A DNA stretch of 64,000 bases from Candidatus Latescibacterota bacterium (GTDB lineage Bacteria; Latescibacterota; UBA2968; UBA8231), in assembly GCA_965203355.1 (NCBI GenBank), contig OZ241889.1:3168001-3232000 (forward strand), given 5' to 3'. The position numbers and the translations under genes were made by a program. This document shows, one piece after another, positions 18,652 to 27,794 of this stretch. Numbering within the stretch: position 1 is the first letter of the stretch; each line of letters begins with the position of its first letter. The notes under the pieces are model-generated. The model was not told where the DNA came from, ran no database searches, and saw only the letters and a list, made by a program, of their open reading frames with translations.

Positions 18652-20331
18652 GTGCTAATCACCGTCCTTTTGCTCCTCTTGGGATGCGCGGAAAACCATT
18701 CTGTCGCAGCGCGGATCGCCGATCGCACCGTCTCGCTCGAGCAGGTGGAGCGGGTCTGGGACAAGCTGCCGCCGGAGCAAAAACAATCAAAGCAAGCGGT
18801 CCTAGAAACGCTTATCAACCGCGAATTGCTGTTCGTAGAAGCCAAGCATAGGAACCTAGATGAAAGCGCGCAGGTCATAGCCAACTTAGAGCGCGTCCGC
18901 CAACAACGAGCCGTAGAACGCCTCATTGAAAGGGAGGTCAAAAGCCATATAGCGATCTCGGACGAAGAAATCAGGACCTATTACGCAAACAGCGATCTGC
19001 GCACCAAGCGCGAGGTGCGCGGGCGGCATATCATGGTAAAAACAGCGGCCGAAGCGCAAACGCTCTACCAAGCACTCCGAGACGGCGAAAACTTCGCCGA
19101 ACTGGCCCGTCGTTTCTCCCTCGACCAACAGACCGCTGATAAAGGAGGCGACCTAGGCTATTGGGACGAGTCTTTGATGGTCGGCCCCGTCAGCAAGGTG
19201 CTCTTCTCCCTGCCGCTCGGCGAGCTATCTGAGCCTTTCCAAGGCCGCGAGGGCTACTTCCACATCGTGCGCGTGGAAGACGAGCGCCCGCTGCCCTATG
19301 CGTCCTTAAAAAAGAGGATCAAAGATCGGCTCTACGCCGATCGCCTGGCCGGGCGCACGGCGGCGTTGCGCGCGAACCTCAGAAAACAGTTCAATTTGCG
19401 GCTAGTTGAAGCAACCTCGTTGCAACTGGTCAAGCTGGGCAAAACCGCCTCGCACGGCATACCTGAGTTCGACCGGGACGCACCATTGGCAAGGCCGCTA
19501 CTGCGCTACCAAGGAGGCCAGGTTTCACTCGAGCAGTACCGACAATGGCTTGTAGCGACTTCACCACAACGGCGTCCCGTAACCGTTGACACAGCGAGCA
19601 TCGCTCGGTACGCCAGCCGCACGGCCGTAGATTCCGTCCTGTTGCCGCTAGCCGCTCAACAGGCCGGGCTAGCCGACGACGACGAGATGCAGCGCTATCT
19701 GGAAAAGCACCGAATGGTGCTAATGATCGAAGAATTGCGCCGCCTAGCAGCAGAAGCACCCATTGTCAACGAAACGGCTATGCGGGCCTATTACGAGGAG
19801 CATCTATCTTGGTTTACCGAGCCCGATCTGCTCATCTACGAGGCCATCTTGCTCCACCGCGAAGCAGATGCACTCGACGTGGCCGAAAAAGTGCGCCAAG
19901 GAGCCGACATGTGGACTTTGGCCCAAGGTTATCCGCGCTTTCACGACGCTTGGTTCCACTACAACATTTACCACATCCACCGCGAGCAAGACGAGCAACA
20001 CGCCCACACCCCGCACACCATGTCGGCCGTGTTGGCAGCCGTCCGCAAAACGCCGGTGGGACAAGTCGGCGGGCCTTTCTTGGTGCATTTCCAGCCGCGC
20101 GAAAAAATCTGGCCGGGATACATCGCGTTTCGCACGCTGGAGCAACGCCCGGCCCGATTGCTGCCTTTTGCCCATCCCGCGGTTCAGCAAACCTTAAAAA
20201 AGATGGTGCGATCGGCCCATGGTCAGCGCATTGAGGAACGCTTTGAAGCTTTTCTGGCCCAACTGCGAAAAACGTACGCCGATCAAATTGAAATATACCC
20301 CGAGCGTCTCGCAGCCAAACCAGCCTTATAA
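18652..20331 (+). CDS. PpiC/parvulin-type peptidyl-prolyl isomerase lipoprotein (PrsA/SurA-like)
   Basis: GGAG then GTG start, LLLLLGC lipobox; HIMV...F.ELAR.FSLD......GGDLG; a second degenerate rotamase domain. Confidence 0.85.
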   Translation: MLITVLLLLLGCAENHSVAARIADRTVSLEQVERVWDKLPPEQKQSKQAVLETLINRELLFVEAKHRNLDESAQVIANLERVRQQRAVERLIEREVKSHIAISDEEIRTYYANSDLRTKREVRGRHIMVKTAAEAQTLYQALRDGENFAELARRFSLDQQTADKGGDLGYWDESLMVGPVSKVLFSLPLGELSEPFQGREGYFHIVRVEDERPLPYASLKKRIKDRLYADRLAGRTAALRANLRKQFNLRLVEATSLQLVKLGKTASHGIPEFDRDAPLARPLLRYQGGQVSLEQYRQWLVATSPQRRPVTVDTASIARYASRTAVDSVLLPLAAQQAGLADDDEMQRYLEKHRMVLMIEELRRLAAEAPIVNETAMRAYYEEHLSWFTEPDLLIYEAILLHREADALDVAEKVRQGADMWTLAQGYPRFHDAWFHYNIYHIHREQDEQHAHTPHTMSAVLAAVRKTPVGQVGGPFLVHFQPREKIWPGYIAFRTLEQRPARLLPFAHPAVQQTLKKMVRSAHGQRIEERFEAFLAQLRKTYADQIEIYPERLAAKPAL

Positions 20332-20382
20332 AACTCCATTGACGCGATATATCGCGCCTACCAATCAACAGGAAAACACGCT

Positions 20383-21726
20383 ATGGCTCTGACCCCGTGG
20401 ATACGCATCGGCCAGCCCTTAGAGGCGGTCATGTCCGACTACGAACGCATTTTCGCCGCCTGGGACCAAGGCGGCATCCGCGGCCTTGTCTTTGGCCGCC
20501 TGCTGTTTGCCGACGCGCAAGGCCAGAGTACCATCCCCGCATTCAAGGGCAATCCCGCTCCCTACCAAAAGCGCGGCCTCAAAGCCCAACGGCGCGACGT
20601 GCCCCTGCAACCCGACAAGGAAAAGCGCCTACACGACATGCTGGCCAGCGCCAAAAGGCGCGGTTGGACCGTGATGATATTCTCTCCGGCCTCTGGCACC
20701 ATGGCCGCCGAGGGCTTGCCGCTGGCAGAAGACCCCTACGGCACCCAGCTACACGCCGCGTCTTGGGAGGACGTCTTTGCCGCGTTCCCAGAAGCCGACG
20801 GCGGCATTGTCGATGGCTGGACCGAGTCGCCCTACGAGCTCGCGTATCACCACGGCAACGCGGTTTTCCACCCGCTCAACGACGGCCAGCGCCGAGCAGC
20901 AACGGCTAGGGGTTACGACGCTGAGCGTTTGGATCGGGGCCGCCAGCATATGCACCAGCGCTTCCAGCGCTTCACCCCTGCCGAAGTGGACTACTATGGC
21001 GACTACGGCGTACTATCGGAGATGAACCTCTTCGACATCAACGAAGACGCGCTCTACTGGCTGCGCTGGCGACGCGAAGACGGCATTCGCCAAGGCCGAG
21101 CCTTTCGCCAAGCCATCGACGAATTGCCGCGCCAACTGCTCTTGGGCAACGGCCCGCGCTCGGCCGCGTTTTCCGGCATGACCGCGCTCGACTTCCACGC
21201 TTGGGGACAAATCGTGGATTTGCTGCTGGTCAAGCATTATTTCTGGCATCGCGGCTTTGACGGGCTGTACGGCACGGTCGCCCGCTGGGTGCAACAGATT
21301 CAGCAGTGGAATCCGGTGTTGAGCGAGGCCCAGTGCTGGACGGTCCTGCGCGCCTGGCTCGGCATCCGCCTGCCCGAGGTGGCGTGTCTAGCCGACATGG
21401 AATTGGGATTTCCGGCGGCGTTTTTCGACGAAGTGGTGCAAGAAGAGACGCGCCGCGCCATCGCCGCGGTCGGCGACCCGCAAAAGATCCTGCCTTGGGT
21501 CGATACCGGGCGCATGCCTCACGGCGGCGACCCCATGACTTCCGGCGATCTCTACCGCATCCTCCAAGCCTCGGAAGCGGCCGGACTCCAGCGCTTCCTC
21601 TTCCACAATCACGCCCATCTGACCGCGGCCGAATGGGCGGTCATCTCGCGGCTGTGCGGCACGGCGTGGGACGAAGATCCCGACGGCTACTGGCCGCCGG
21701 CCACGCCCAAACCTTCGACGTTTTAA
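20383..21726 (+). CDS. Hypothetical cytoplasmic protein (possible TIM-barrel)
   Basis: 447-aa ORF with host-like codon usage and an RBS; no family confidently recognised. Confidence 0.75.
   Translation: MALTPWIRIGQPLEAVMSDYERIFAAWDQGGIRGLVFGRLLFADAQGQSTIPAFKGNPAPYQKRGLKAQRRDVPLQPDKEKRLHDMLASAKRRGWTVMIFSPASGTMAAEGLPLAEDPYGTQLHAASWEDVFAAFPEADGGIVDGWTESPYELAYHHGNAVFHPLNDGQRRAATARGYDAERLDRGRQHMHQRFQRFTPAEVDYYGDYGVLSEMNLFDINEDALYWLRWRREDGIRQGRAFRQAIDELPRQLLLGNGPRSAAFSGMTALDFHAWGQIVDLLLVKHYFWHRGFDGLYGTVARWVQQIQQWNPVLSEAQCWTVLRAWLGIRLPEVACLADMELGFPAAFFDEVVQEETRRAIAAVGDPQKILPWVDTGRMPHGGDPMTSGDLYRILQASEAAGLQRFLFHNHAHLTAAEWAVISRLCGTAWDEDPDGYWPPATPKPSTF
21598..21726 (+). repeat. Direct repeat copy 1 (3' 129 bp of gene 20383-21726)
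   Basis: Ungapped match to 23923-24051, 110/129 identical by manual count. Confidence 0.9.
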
Positions 21727-21964
21727 AGCTCCTTCAAGACCTCCTGCGAGCGCACCTCATTGGCCACTAGTGAATGTCCATCCCATGAGGGCCATCGCCG
21801 CCCGGACGAGTCGGACTCGATCCGTCGCTAGCTAGTCGGGAATAGGTTGACAGATTATCTAACAGTGCCTTATTAGACGTATATCGCTAAGGAACTCCAA
21901 AGAGGCGGGATGTGGTATTGTAGAGCTCGTCTTAATGGGCAAGCACTGAGGCCAAGGTAACGGA

Positions 21965-22639
21965 ATGAAAGCGTCATTTGCTGGGATGGAAGTCGGATAT
22001 CGGGCCGACTTCGCCGTCCCGTTGTTCGATGTGATACCCCAAGCACCAGAACTTCAAGCACGCATTTATACAGGCGTACGGGGTCTCTATCCCTACGCAT
22101 TAAACATAGACGATATACATGTTGTGACAAGTGGAATGCAATCGGACACCGGGCTACAGATCAAGATGTTTGGTGGTAAAGCATCGATCAATCTGACACC
22201 GGTGCGGTTGGCCATAGACTTTTCCAACTTGAACGCGAACGATGTCGAGATTTGCAAGAAATGTATCGACCTGATCACTGTGGCTCTGAACGAGACATGC
22301 GCTGCTGTGGACGTTGTCGATGAGACGATCAGCATCTTTCTCAAATTGAGTGGAGAAGGCGATGCCGCCGGACACCTTGGAAGAATTTCCGCCGCGAATG
22401 TCCGCGTAGATCCGTTTCAGTTTGGAGCAACAGAGGAGCACCCTGTCGTCACCATCGCTCTCGGCAATCCGACAGATGGCTGGAGATCGTCGACCGAAAT
22501 CTCTGCTGACCAAGATGAATTTACGATATCCTGCCAAAGCCATTATGGTAGTAGCCAAAAATCGGTCAGTGATCGCATTGATGCACAATATCGCCTGATA
22601 GGTGGTATCCTGTCGCGGATTCAGGTGGAACTAACATGA
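21965..22639 (+). CDS. Hypothetical protein, first gene of the RES module
   Basis: 224 aa, lower GC than flanking genes, stop overlaps the next start (ATGA). Confidence 0.7.
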   Translation: MKASFAGMEVGYRADFAVPLFDVIPQAPELQARIYTGVRGLYPYALNIDDIHVVTSGMQSDTGLQIKMFGGKASINLTPVRLAIDFSNLNANDVEICKKCIDLITVALNETCAAVDVVDETISIFLKLSGEGDAAGHLGRISAANVRVDPFQFGATEEHPVVTIALGNPTDGWRSSTEISADQDEFTISCQSHYGSSQKSVSDRIDAQYRLIGGILSRIQVELT

Positions 22640-23259
22640 CGACTGCAACAGAAGTGTTGGGACCGGCTCTTGGAGAAGGTCTTTTGATGCCGAAGTCCAG
22701 CTACGACAGGCCATCCGAAGTCGGTTTCGACAATTCTCAAGACTTACATGAAATCTATCTTTATCAGATGAAGCCGAGACCTGTCCTTTCTCCATTCGCC
22801 GGCGGTCCGTCTACGTATGAGTTGCATTTAGGGCTTACCGCAGGTCACTCTTCAGATGTCGCTCCTGATATTGCGAGTTGGAAATCGATTATCTATGCGC
22901 CGAATCGGATCAGCGGACCGATTCAGTTTGTCTTGAAATTACTTGATAGTTGGCGCTTGAACAGAGACGATGCGGTCTTCCTATTGGGATTCGATCAGGA
23001 GAACAACGGTTTTGTGCAAGCTGTTTTGACAGGAGCCGCCGACCTGCACGGCCGAGACGCTCGCGATCGGATTGCCCATCTTTTCCACATTAGGCAGACG
23101 CTGTCATCACTCTTTCGCGATCTGGATGTCGAAAACGACTGGCTGCGCGAACCGCACACCTTGCTGGATGACCAAGAGCCGTTGAAGCTGCTATTGGGCG
23201 GCTCCATGGAAGACCTTCTTTTGGTGAAAGAGTACGTGGATGCTGCTGCAGGACGATGA
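22636..23259 (+). CDS. Xre/MbcA/ParS-type antitoxin with N-terminal extension
   Basis: C-terminal RIAHLF.I...L..LF......WLREP...LD..EPL.LL..GS.EDLL.V..Y toxin-binding domain. Confidence 0.85.
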   Translation: MTTATEVLGPALGEGLLMPKSSYDRPSEVGFDNSQDLHEIYLYQMKPRPVLSPFAGGPSTYELHLGLTAGHSSDVAPDIASWKSIIYAPNRISGPIQFVLKLLDSWRLNRDDAVFLLGFDQENNGFVQAVLTGAADLHGRDARDRIAHLFHIRQTLSSLFRDLDVENDWLREPHTLLDDQEPLKLLLGGSMEDLLLVKEYVDAAAGR

Positions 23260-23947
23260 CGTGCAGAAATCCCAACAATCGGTTGACAACCTGCTTGACG
23301 AGATTCCTACTGTACGCAGCCATTGGCGAATATATCGCTTGGCCACCTTGCCTCGGAATGACCAATTCCTTGCAGAGTTGAAACTAGACTCATCTAGCGA
23401 ACAGGAATTGAGAGCACTACTCGTAGCTGCTGGCTACGAAACTTCTCCCGAAGAACTTTGTGATGCCCCATTTCGCCCGAAACGCCGTCTGAAAAGGAAG
23501 ACGAGGTATTCGGATGGCTCCTATCCTGTCTTTTACAGTTCCCTTGATCCCAAAACAGCCGAGGCGGAAGTCGCGCATTGGTTCAGAAAGGGTTTTGGAG
23601 GTAGTCCCCAAGGTCAACGCAGTGCCTACTATCAGCGTTTTACCTGTTTGTTTCAAGGCGGAGAAAAGGACCTCCGAGGCAAGCAGAGCGAGTGGCCGGA
23701 CCTAGTGCATGATAGTGATTACACGTTCTGTAATCGGATTGGCACGGAAGCAGTCCGGTTGGAATTGGACGGTTTAGTCGTTCCTTCTGCACGCCAGGAG
23801 AATGGTTCCAACCTACCAGTTTTCAAGCGGCCTGCAATCCGTGCCCCGGAGTCTCAGGACGTGGTAAAGATTACGCTCGATCCTCGGACTGGTGAGATAG
23901 ATATAGCAAGTGTATCGGCAAACTCTTCCACAACCACATCCACCTGA
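23240..23947 (+). CDS. RES-domain toxin (NAD+-consuming MbcT/ParT family); start may be GTG 23261
   Basis: TRYSDGSYPVFYSS...AEAE...DY..C..IG......DGLVVPSAR...SNL carries the R-E-S motifs. Confidence 0.88.
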   Translation: MLLQDDDVQKSQQSVDNLLDEIPTVRSHWRIYRLATLPRNDQFLAELKLDSSSEQELRALLVAAGYETSPEELCDAPFRPKRRLKRKTRYSDGSYPVFYSSLDPKTAEAEVAHWFRKGFGGSPQGQRSAYYQRFTCLFQGGEKDLRGKQSEWPDLVHDSDYTFCNRIGTEAVRLELDGLVVPSARQENGSNLPVFKRPAIRAPESQDVVKITLDPRTGEIDIASVSANSSTTTST

Positions 23948-24051
23948 CCTCGGACGAATGGGCGGTCATCTCGCGGATGTGTGGCACGGCGTGGGACTAA
24001 GCTTCCGACGGCTACTGGCCCCCGGCAACGCCTAAATCCGGGACGTTCTAA
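23923..24051 (+). repeat. Direct repeat copy 2 (diverged 3' end of gene 20383-21726, with a nonsense change)
   Basis: Translates LFHNHIHLTSDEWAVISRMCGTAWD*ASDGYWPPATPKSGTF*, versus LFHNHAHLTAAEWAVISRLCGTAWDEDPDGYWPPATPKPSTF* in copy 1. Confidence 0.9.
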
Positions 24052-24095
24052 GTGCCCCTATAGATCGATCAAACTGCCTTCACTTGAGGTTAATA

Positions 24096-24805
24096 ATGAG
24101 CAGAACAGCCTTTACCGAATACAAAGACGCTCGTATTCAGCAAACAACTCAGAATGACGCACGCCGTATCCGAACTAGGGTACAGGCCGCTCAGAACTCG
24201 GCTCGCGCTGGCGTCCAGTGGCGATGGCCCTTTGAGCTTATACAGAACGCTCATGACGCTGGACCACGTAACGGCAACGACCAATTCAGGGTAAAGTTCG
24301 TCTTGCAGGACAAAAGGCTAAAAGTATCGCACACGGGAAAGTCCTTCACTGCTCAGGAATTGGCTGCGCTACTATTTGGAGGTTCCAGTAAGGAATTTGA
24401 CAGCGAAGAAACTACAGGACGTTTCGGTACTGGGTTCCTAGTGACTCATGCGCTATCGACACGCGTGGACGTCGCCGGTGTACTAACAACGCAAGAAGGT
24501 TGTGAATCTTTTCACATCGAACTCACTCGGGATGGTGACGAGGATTCGATTAAGGACAACATCGATCTGGCCAACAAAGCACTAGGGGAAGGTGGGAGCC
24601 GTCAGAAATCGCACCGTTCGCTAAAATTGTCACTGACATGGGTACAGATGTAATTGACGTTTTTACCGAAGTAGAAGGGTTATCGTCACCCGATAAATCA
24701 GTACGTTTGCGTAATGAACAAATGCTTCGTTACGGAGTGTCCCTAGATCTATGGCAAAATGGGATTTCAATTGACGAGTGGGTACAGACCTTGAAGGCTG
24801 ATTAG
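24096..24805 (+). pseudogene. Sacsin-like/GHKL ATPase gene remnant with probable large internal deletion
   Basis: GHKL motifs FELIQNAHDA, SHTGKSFT and TGRFGTGFL; protein-like sequence ends near 24590. A different frame then reads WEPSEIAPFAKIVTDMG...GISIDEWVQTLKAD* (stop at 24805). Confidence 0.65.
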
Positions 24806-24920
24806 TATCTCGTAGTCGCACAGAAGACACCGCCGTATCGGGGACATCGGGGACACCAAGGCTCGTATTATAAGAGAATTTTGAAAAGGCATCCTATATA
24901 TCAATACGCAGGATCGAACC

Positions 24921-26177
24921 ATGGCCAAAAAACGCGGTAAACAACGTCCCATCCGCGTCGGCGTAGTCGGCGTTGGGCGCGGCCGCTCCTTTATGCAGGC
25001 GGCGGCGACCGGCATGGAACTGGTCGCCATTTGCGACATTTGGGAAGAGCGCCTCAGGGCCGAAGGCAAGGCACTCAACGTCCCGACATTCGTCGATTAC
25101 GACGAATTCCTCGGTTGCAACATGGATGCGGTCGTGCTGGCCAACTACTTCCACCAGCACGCGCCCTTTGCCATCAAAGCACTCAAAGCCGACAAACACG
25201 TAATGAGCGAAACCGCGGCCTGTCACACCTTAGGCGAAGGCGTGGCATTGGCGCGAGCAGTCGAAAAAAGCGGCAAAACCTACCTGTTCGCCGAGAACTA
25301 CCCCTACATGGTCTTCAACCAAGAAATGAAGCGGCTCTACCAACAGGGCCGCGTCGGCGAGTTCAAATACGGCGAGGGCGAGTACGTCCATCCCGACCCA
25401 CCCCAAGTGAAACTGGCGCGTAGTTGCGGGGGCGACCACTGGCGCAACTGGATCCCGGCCACGTACTACTGCACCCACTCCATCGCCCCGGTCGTGTACA
25501 TCACCGACACTCGGCCCACCAAAGTAAACGGCTTTGTCATCTCCTTTGACTTCGCTGACCCCACCCAAACGCGGCACATGAACCGCAGCGACACCGCCGC
25601 CGTGATCATCTGCCGGATGGATAACGACGCGGTGATGAAGTCGCTGCACGGCGCCCTGCGCGGCCACGGCAACTACGTCCGCATCCACGGCAATAAAGGG
25701 GTGATGGAAAACTGCCGCCACGGCGACAAACAGCGGCTGCGCGTGTGGTACGAGCCGTGGGAAAAGCGCAAGAGCGATCCGGTCGAAACGGTGTACAAGC
25801 CCGACTTCCCCGTACACCATGCCCAAGCCACGCGCACCGGCCACGGCGGCGGCGACTTTTTTACCAGCTATCACTTTGCCGCAGCTATCCGCACCGGCGA
25901 GCCACCCTATCTCGACGTGTATCGCGGCATCGACATGAGCATCGCCGGGATCCAAGCCTGGCGTTCGGCACTGAACGACTCAGCACCGATGGACGTGCCC
26001 GACTTCCGCCGCGAATCAGTGCGTAAAAAATACGCCAGCGACGACTGGTCGCCCGACCCCGAGCGCAAAAAAAAGGGACAGCCGCCAAGCAGTGTTTTGG
26101 GTGCTATCGAACCGGACGCCGAGGCGAAAAAGCTGGCGCGAACAGTCTGGACAGCACAAGGTTATCTCGGCGATTGA
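24921..26177 (+). CDS. Gfo/Idh/MocA family oxidoreductase
   Basis: RVGVVGVGRG Rossmann fold; H......ALKA.KHV.SE; GHGGGD. Confidence 0.9.
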   Translation: MAKKRGKQRPIRVGVVGVGRGRSFMQAAATGMELVAICDIWEERLRAEGKALNVPTFVDYDEFLGCNMDAVVLANYFHQHAPFAIKALKADKHVMSETAACHTLGEGVALARAVEKSGKTYLFAENYPYMVFNQEMKRLYQQGRVGEFKYGEGEYVHPDPPQVKLARSCGGDHWRNWIPATYYCTHSIAPVVYITDTRPTKVNGFVISFDFADPTQTRHMNRSDTAAVIICRMDNDAVMKSLHGALRGHGNYVRIHGNKGVMENCRHGDKQRLRVWYEPWEKRKSDPVETVYKPDFPVHHAQATRTGHGGGDFFTSYHFAAAIRTGEPPYLDVYRGIDMSIAGIQAWRSALNDSAPMDVPDFRRESVRKKYASDDWSPDPERKKKGQPPSSVLGAIEPDAEAKKLARTVWTAQGYLGD

Positions 26178-26200
26178 TTCCCGACAACGCACGCTTGGAA

Positions 26201-26229
26201 TTGACGGCAAGATAGGGCGCCGTTATATT
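26201..26229 (+). promoter_or_regulatory. Sigma70 promoter of the tyrS leader
   Basis: TTGACG-N17-TATATT. Confidence 0.8.
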
Positions 26230-26245
26230 GTTGCACGGAGAATAA

Positions 26246-26308
26246 ATGATGCAGGCTCTACGCACGGATCGCCACTATTACCATACCCCGATTCATAGGC
26301 AGGGGTAG
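26246..26308 (+). CDS. Putative tyrS attenuator leader peptide (20 aa)
   Basis: GGAG RBS; MMQALRTDRHYYHTPIHRQG*, with tandem Tyr codons TAT-TAC at 26276-26281. Confidence 0.75.
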   Translation: MMQALRTDRHYYHTPIHRQG

Positions 26309-26339
26309 TGCGTTCGCTTTATCGTCTCAACCGATTTAC

Positions 26340-26367
26340 AAGCCCCTGATTAACAGGGGCTTTTTTT
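26340..26367 (+). terminator. Attenuator terminator upstream of tyrS
   Basis: AAGCCCCTG-attaa-CAGGGGC-TTTTTTT, located between the promoter and the tyrS ATG. Confidence 0.85.
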
Positions 26368-26386
26368 ATGCCCACAAGGAAATGCG

Positions 26387-27634
26387 ATGAACATCATACC
26401 CGATCTGCAATTTCGCGGCTTGATCTACCAAATAACCGACCTCGACCGCCTCGCCGAGCGGCTCGCAGCCGGTCCGATCGCGCTCTACAATGGCTTCGAC
26501 CCGACCGCCGACAGCCTGACGGTGGGCAACCTCGTGCCAATCCTGCTCCTGCGTCGCTTCCAGCGCGCCGGCCACCAGGTCATCGCCTTGGCTGGCGGCG
26601 GCACCGGCCTGATCGGCGATCCCGGCGGCAAGGCCGAGGAGCGCGCGCTCAACGCCACCGATGTCGTGGCCGAGTGGACGCAGAAGGTCAAAGCCCAGTT
26701 AGAGCGCTTCCTCGAGTTCGACGGGCCCAACCCGGCGATCATGGTCGATAACCACGACTGGCTTGGCCAACTCGCGGCCATCGACTTTATGCGCGACGTC
26801 GGCAAGCACTTTCCCGTCCCCTACATGCTGGCCAAGGACTCGGTTGCCTCGCGCCTCGAAACGGGCATTTCCTACACTGAGTTCAGCTACATGGCACTAC
26901 AGGCGTATGACTTCTTAGTCCTCAATAGAGAATACAGCTGCGAGTTGCAGACCGGCGGCTCTGACCAGTGGGGCAATATCACCGCTGGCACCGACCTGAT
27001 CCGCCGCTCCACCGGCAAGCGAGCCTTTGGCCTGACCTGTCCGCTAGTGACCAAAGCAGACGGCACCAAGTTCGGCAAAACCGAGGCGGGCACGGTCTGG
27101 CTCGACGCGGCGAAGACCTCGGCGTACCAATTTTACCAGTTCTGGATCAATGCCGAGGACCAGAAAGTCGTCGATCACCTGAAAACGTACACCTTCCTGG
27201 AACAGGATGCGATCCGCCAACTCGCCGAAACCGTCCGCGACCAACCCGCACGGCGCGAGGCCCAGCGCACTCTCGCGGCCGAGGCAACGACCCTCGTGCA
27301 CGGAAAAGACGCGGCGCGCCGAGCCGAACGCATCTCACACGCGCTTTTTTACGGAAAGTTTCAAGAGCTATCCGAGGACGAAATCCTCGAAGGCTTTGAC
27401 GACGTGCCAACGCACGCGATGGGTCAGGCGGAATTGGGACTGGTCGATCTGCTCGTCGCGGCCGGCGTATCGTCCTCTAAACGCCAAGCCCGCCAAGATG
27501 TACAAAACGGCTCAATCTACATCAACGGCGCGCGCTGCACGGACATGGCGCGGCGCATGCGGTGCCGCGAGGGCCTACACGGCAAATACCTAATCGTGCG
27601 CCGCGGCAAGAAGCAGTACACCCTCGTCTGCTGA
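26387..27634 (+). CDS. tyrS: Tyrosine--tRNA ligase
   Basis: GFDPTADSL, GGGTGLIGDP, EFSY..LQAYDF, QTGGSDQWGNI, KFGKT and a C-terminal S4 domain ending RRGKK. Confidence 0.97.
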   Translation: MNIIPDLQFRGLIYQITDLDRLAERLAAGPIALYNGFDPTADSLTVGNLVPILLLRRFQRAGHQVIALAGGGTGLIGDPGGKAEERALNATDVVAEWTQKVKAQLERFLEFDGPNPAIMVDNHDWLGQLAAIDFMRDVGKHFPVPYMLAKDSVASRLETGISYTEFSYMALQAYDFLVLNREYSCELQTGGSDQWGNITAGTDLIRRSTGKRAFGLTCPLVTKADGTKFGKTEAGTVWLDAAKTSAYQFYQFWINAEDQKVVDHLKTYTFLEQDAIRQLAETVRDQPARREAQRTLAAEATTLVHGKDAARRAERISHALFYGKFQELSEDEILEGFDDVPTHAMGQAELGLVDLLVAAGVSSSKRQARQDVQNGSIYINGARCTDMARRMRCREGLHGKYLIVRRGKKQYTLVC

Positions 27635-27794
27635 GCTACTCAGGTCGCAAAAGCGCTAGAAACCGCTCAAAGTCCTGCGCGAAAGCGCGCTGGATGTGCG
27701 CTGCTTTGGCCGCCAAATCGGCCACTTTGTCGGGAATCAATTCCGCGGTGTATGCGTGGCGAAAAAAATGGCGGAAGCGCCGCAATTCATCTAA

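Noticed and set aside
24594-24615. GGAGCCGTCAGAAAT as a possible IS end
   Set aside because: No partner inverted repeat; the sequence reads as part of the C-terminal coding fragment.
2116-26362. Identical stem AAGCCCCTG/CAGGGGCTT in the tRNA-Val and tyrS terminators
   Set aside because: Only two copies with different loops; compatible with a preferred terminator sequence rather than a mobile repeat.
26230-26386. T-box riboswitch for tyrS
   Set aside because: The leader is too short and lacks the GGTGGNACC T-box motif; a leader-peptide model fits better.
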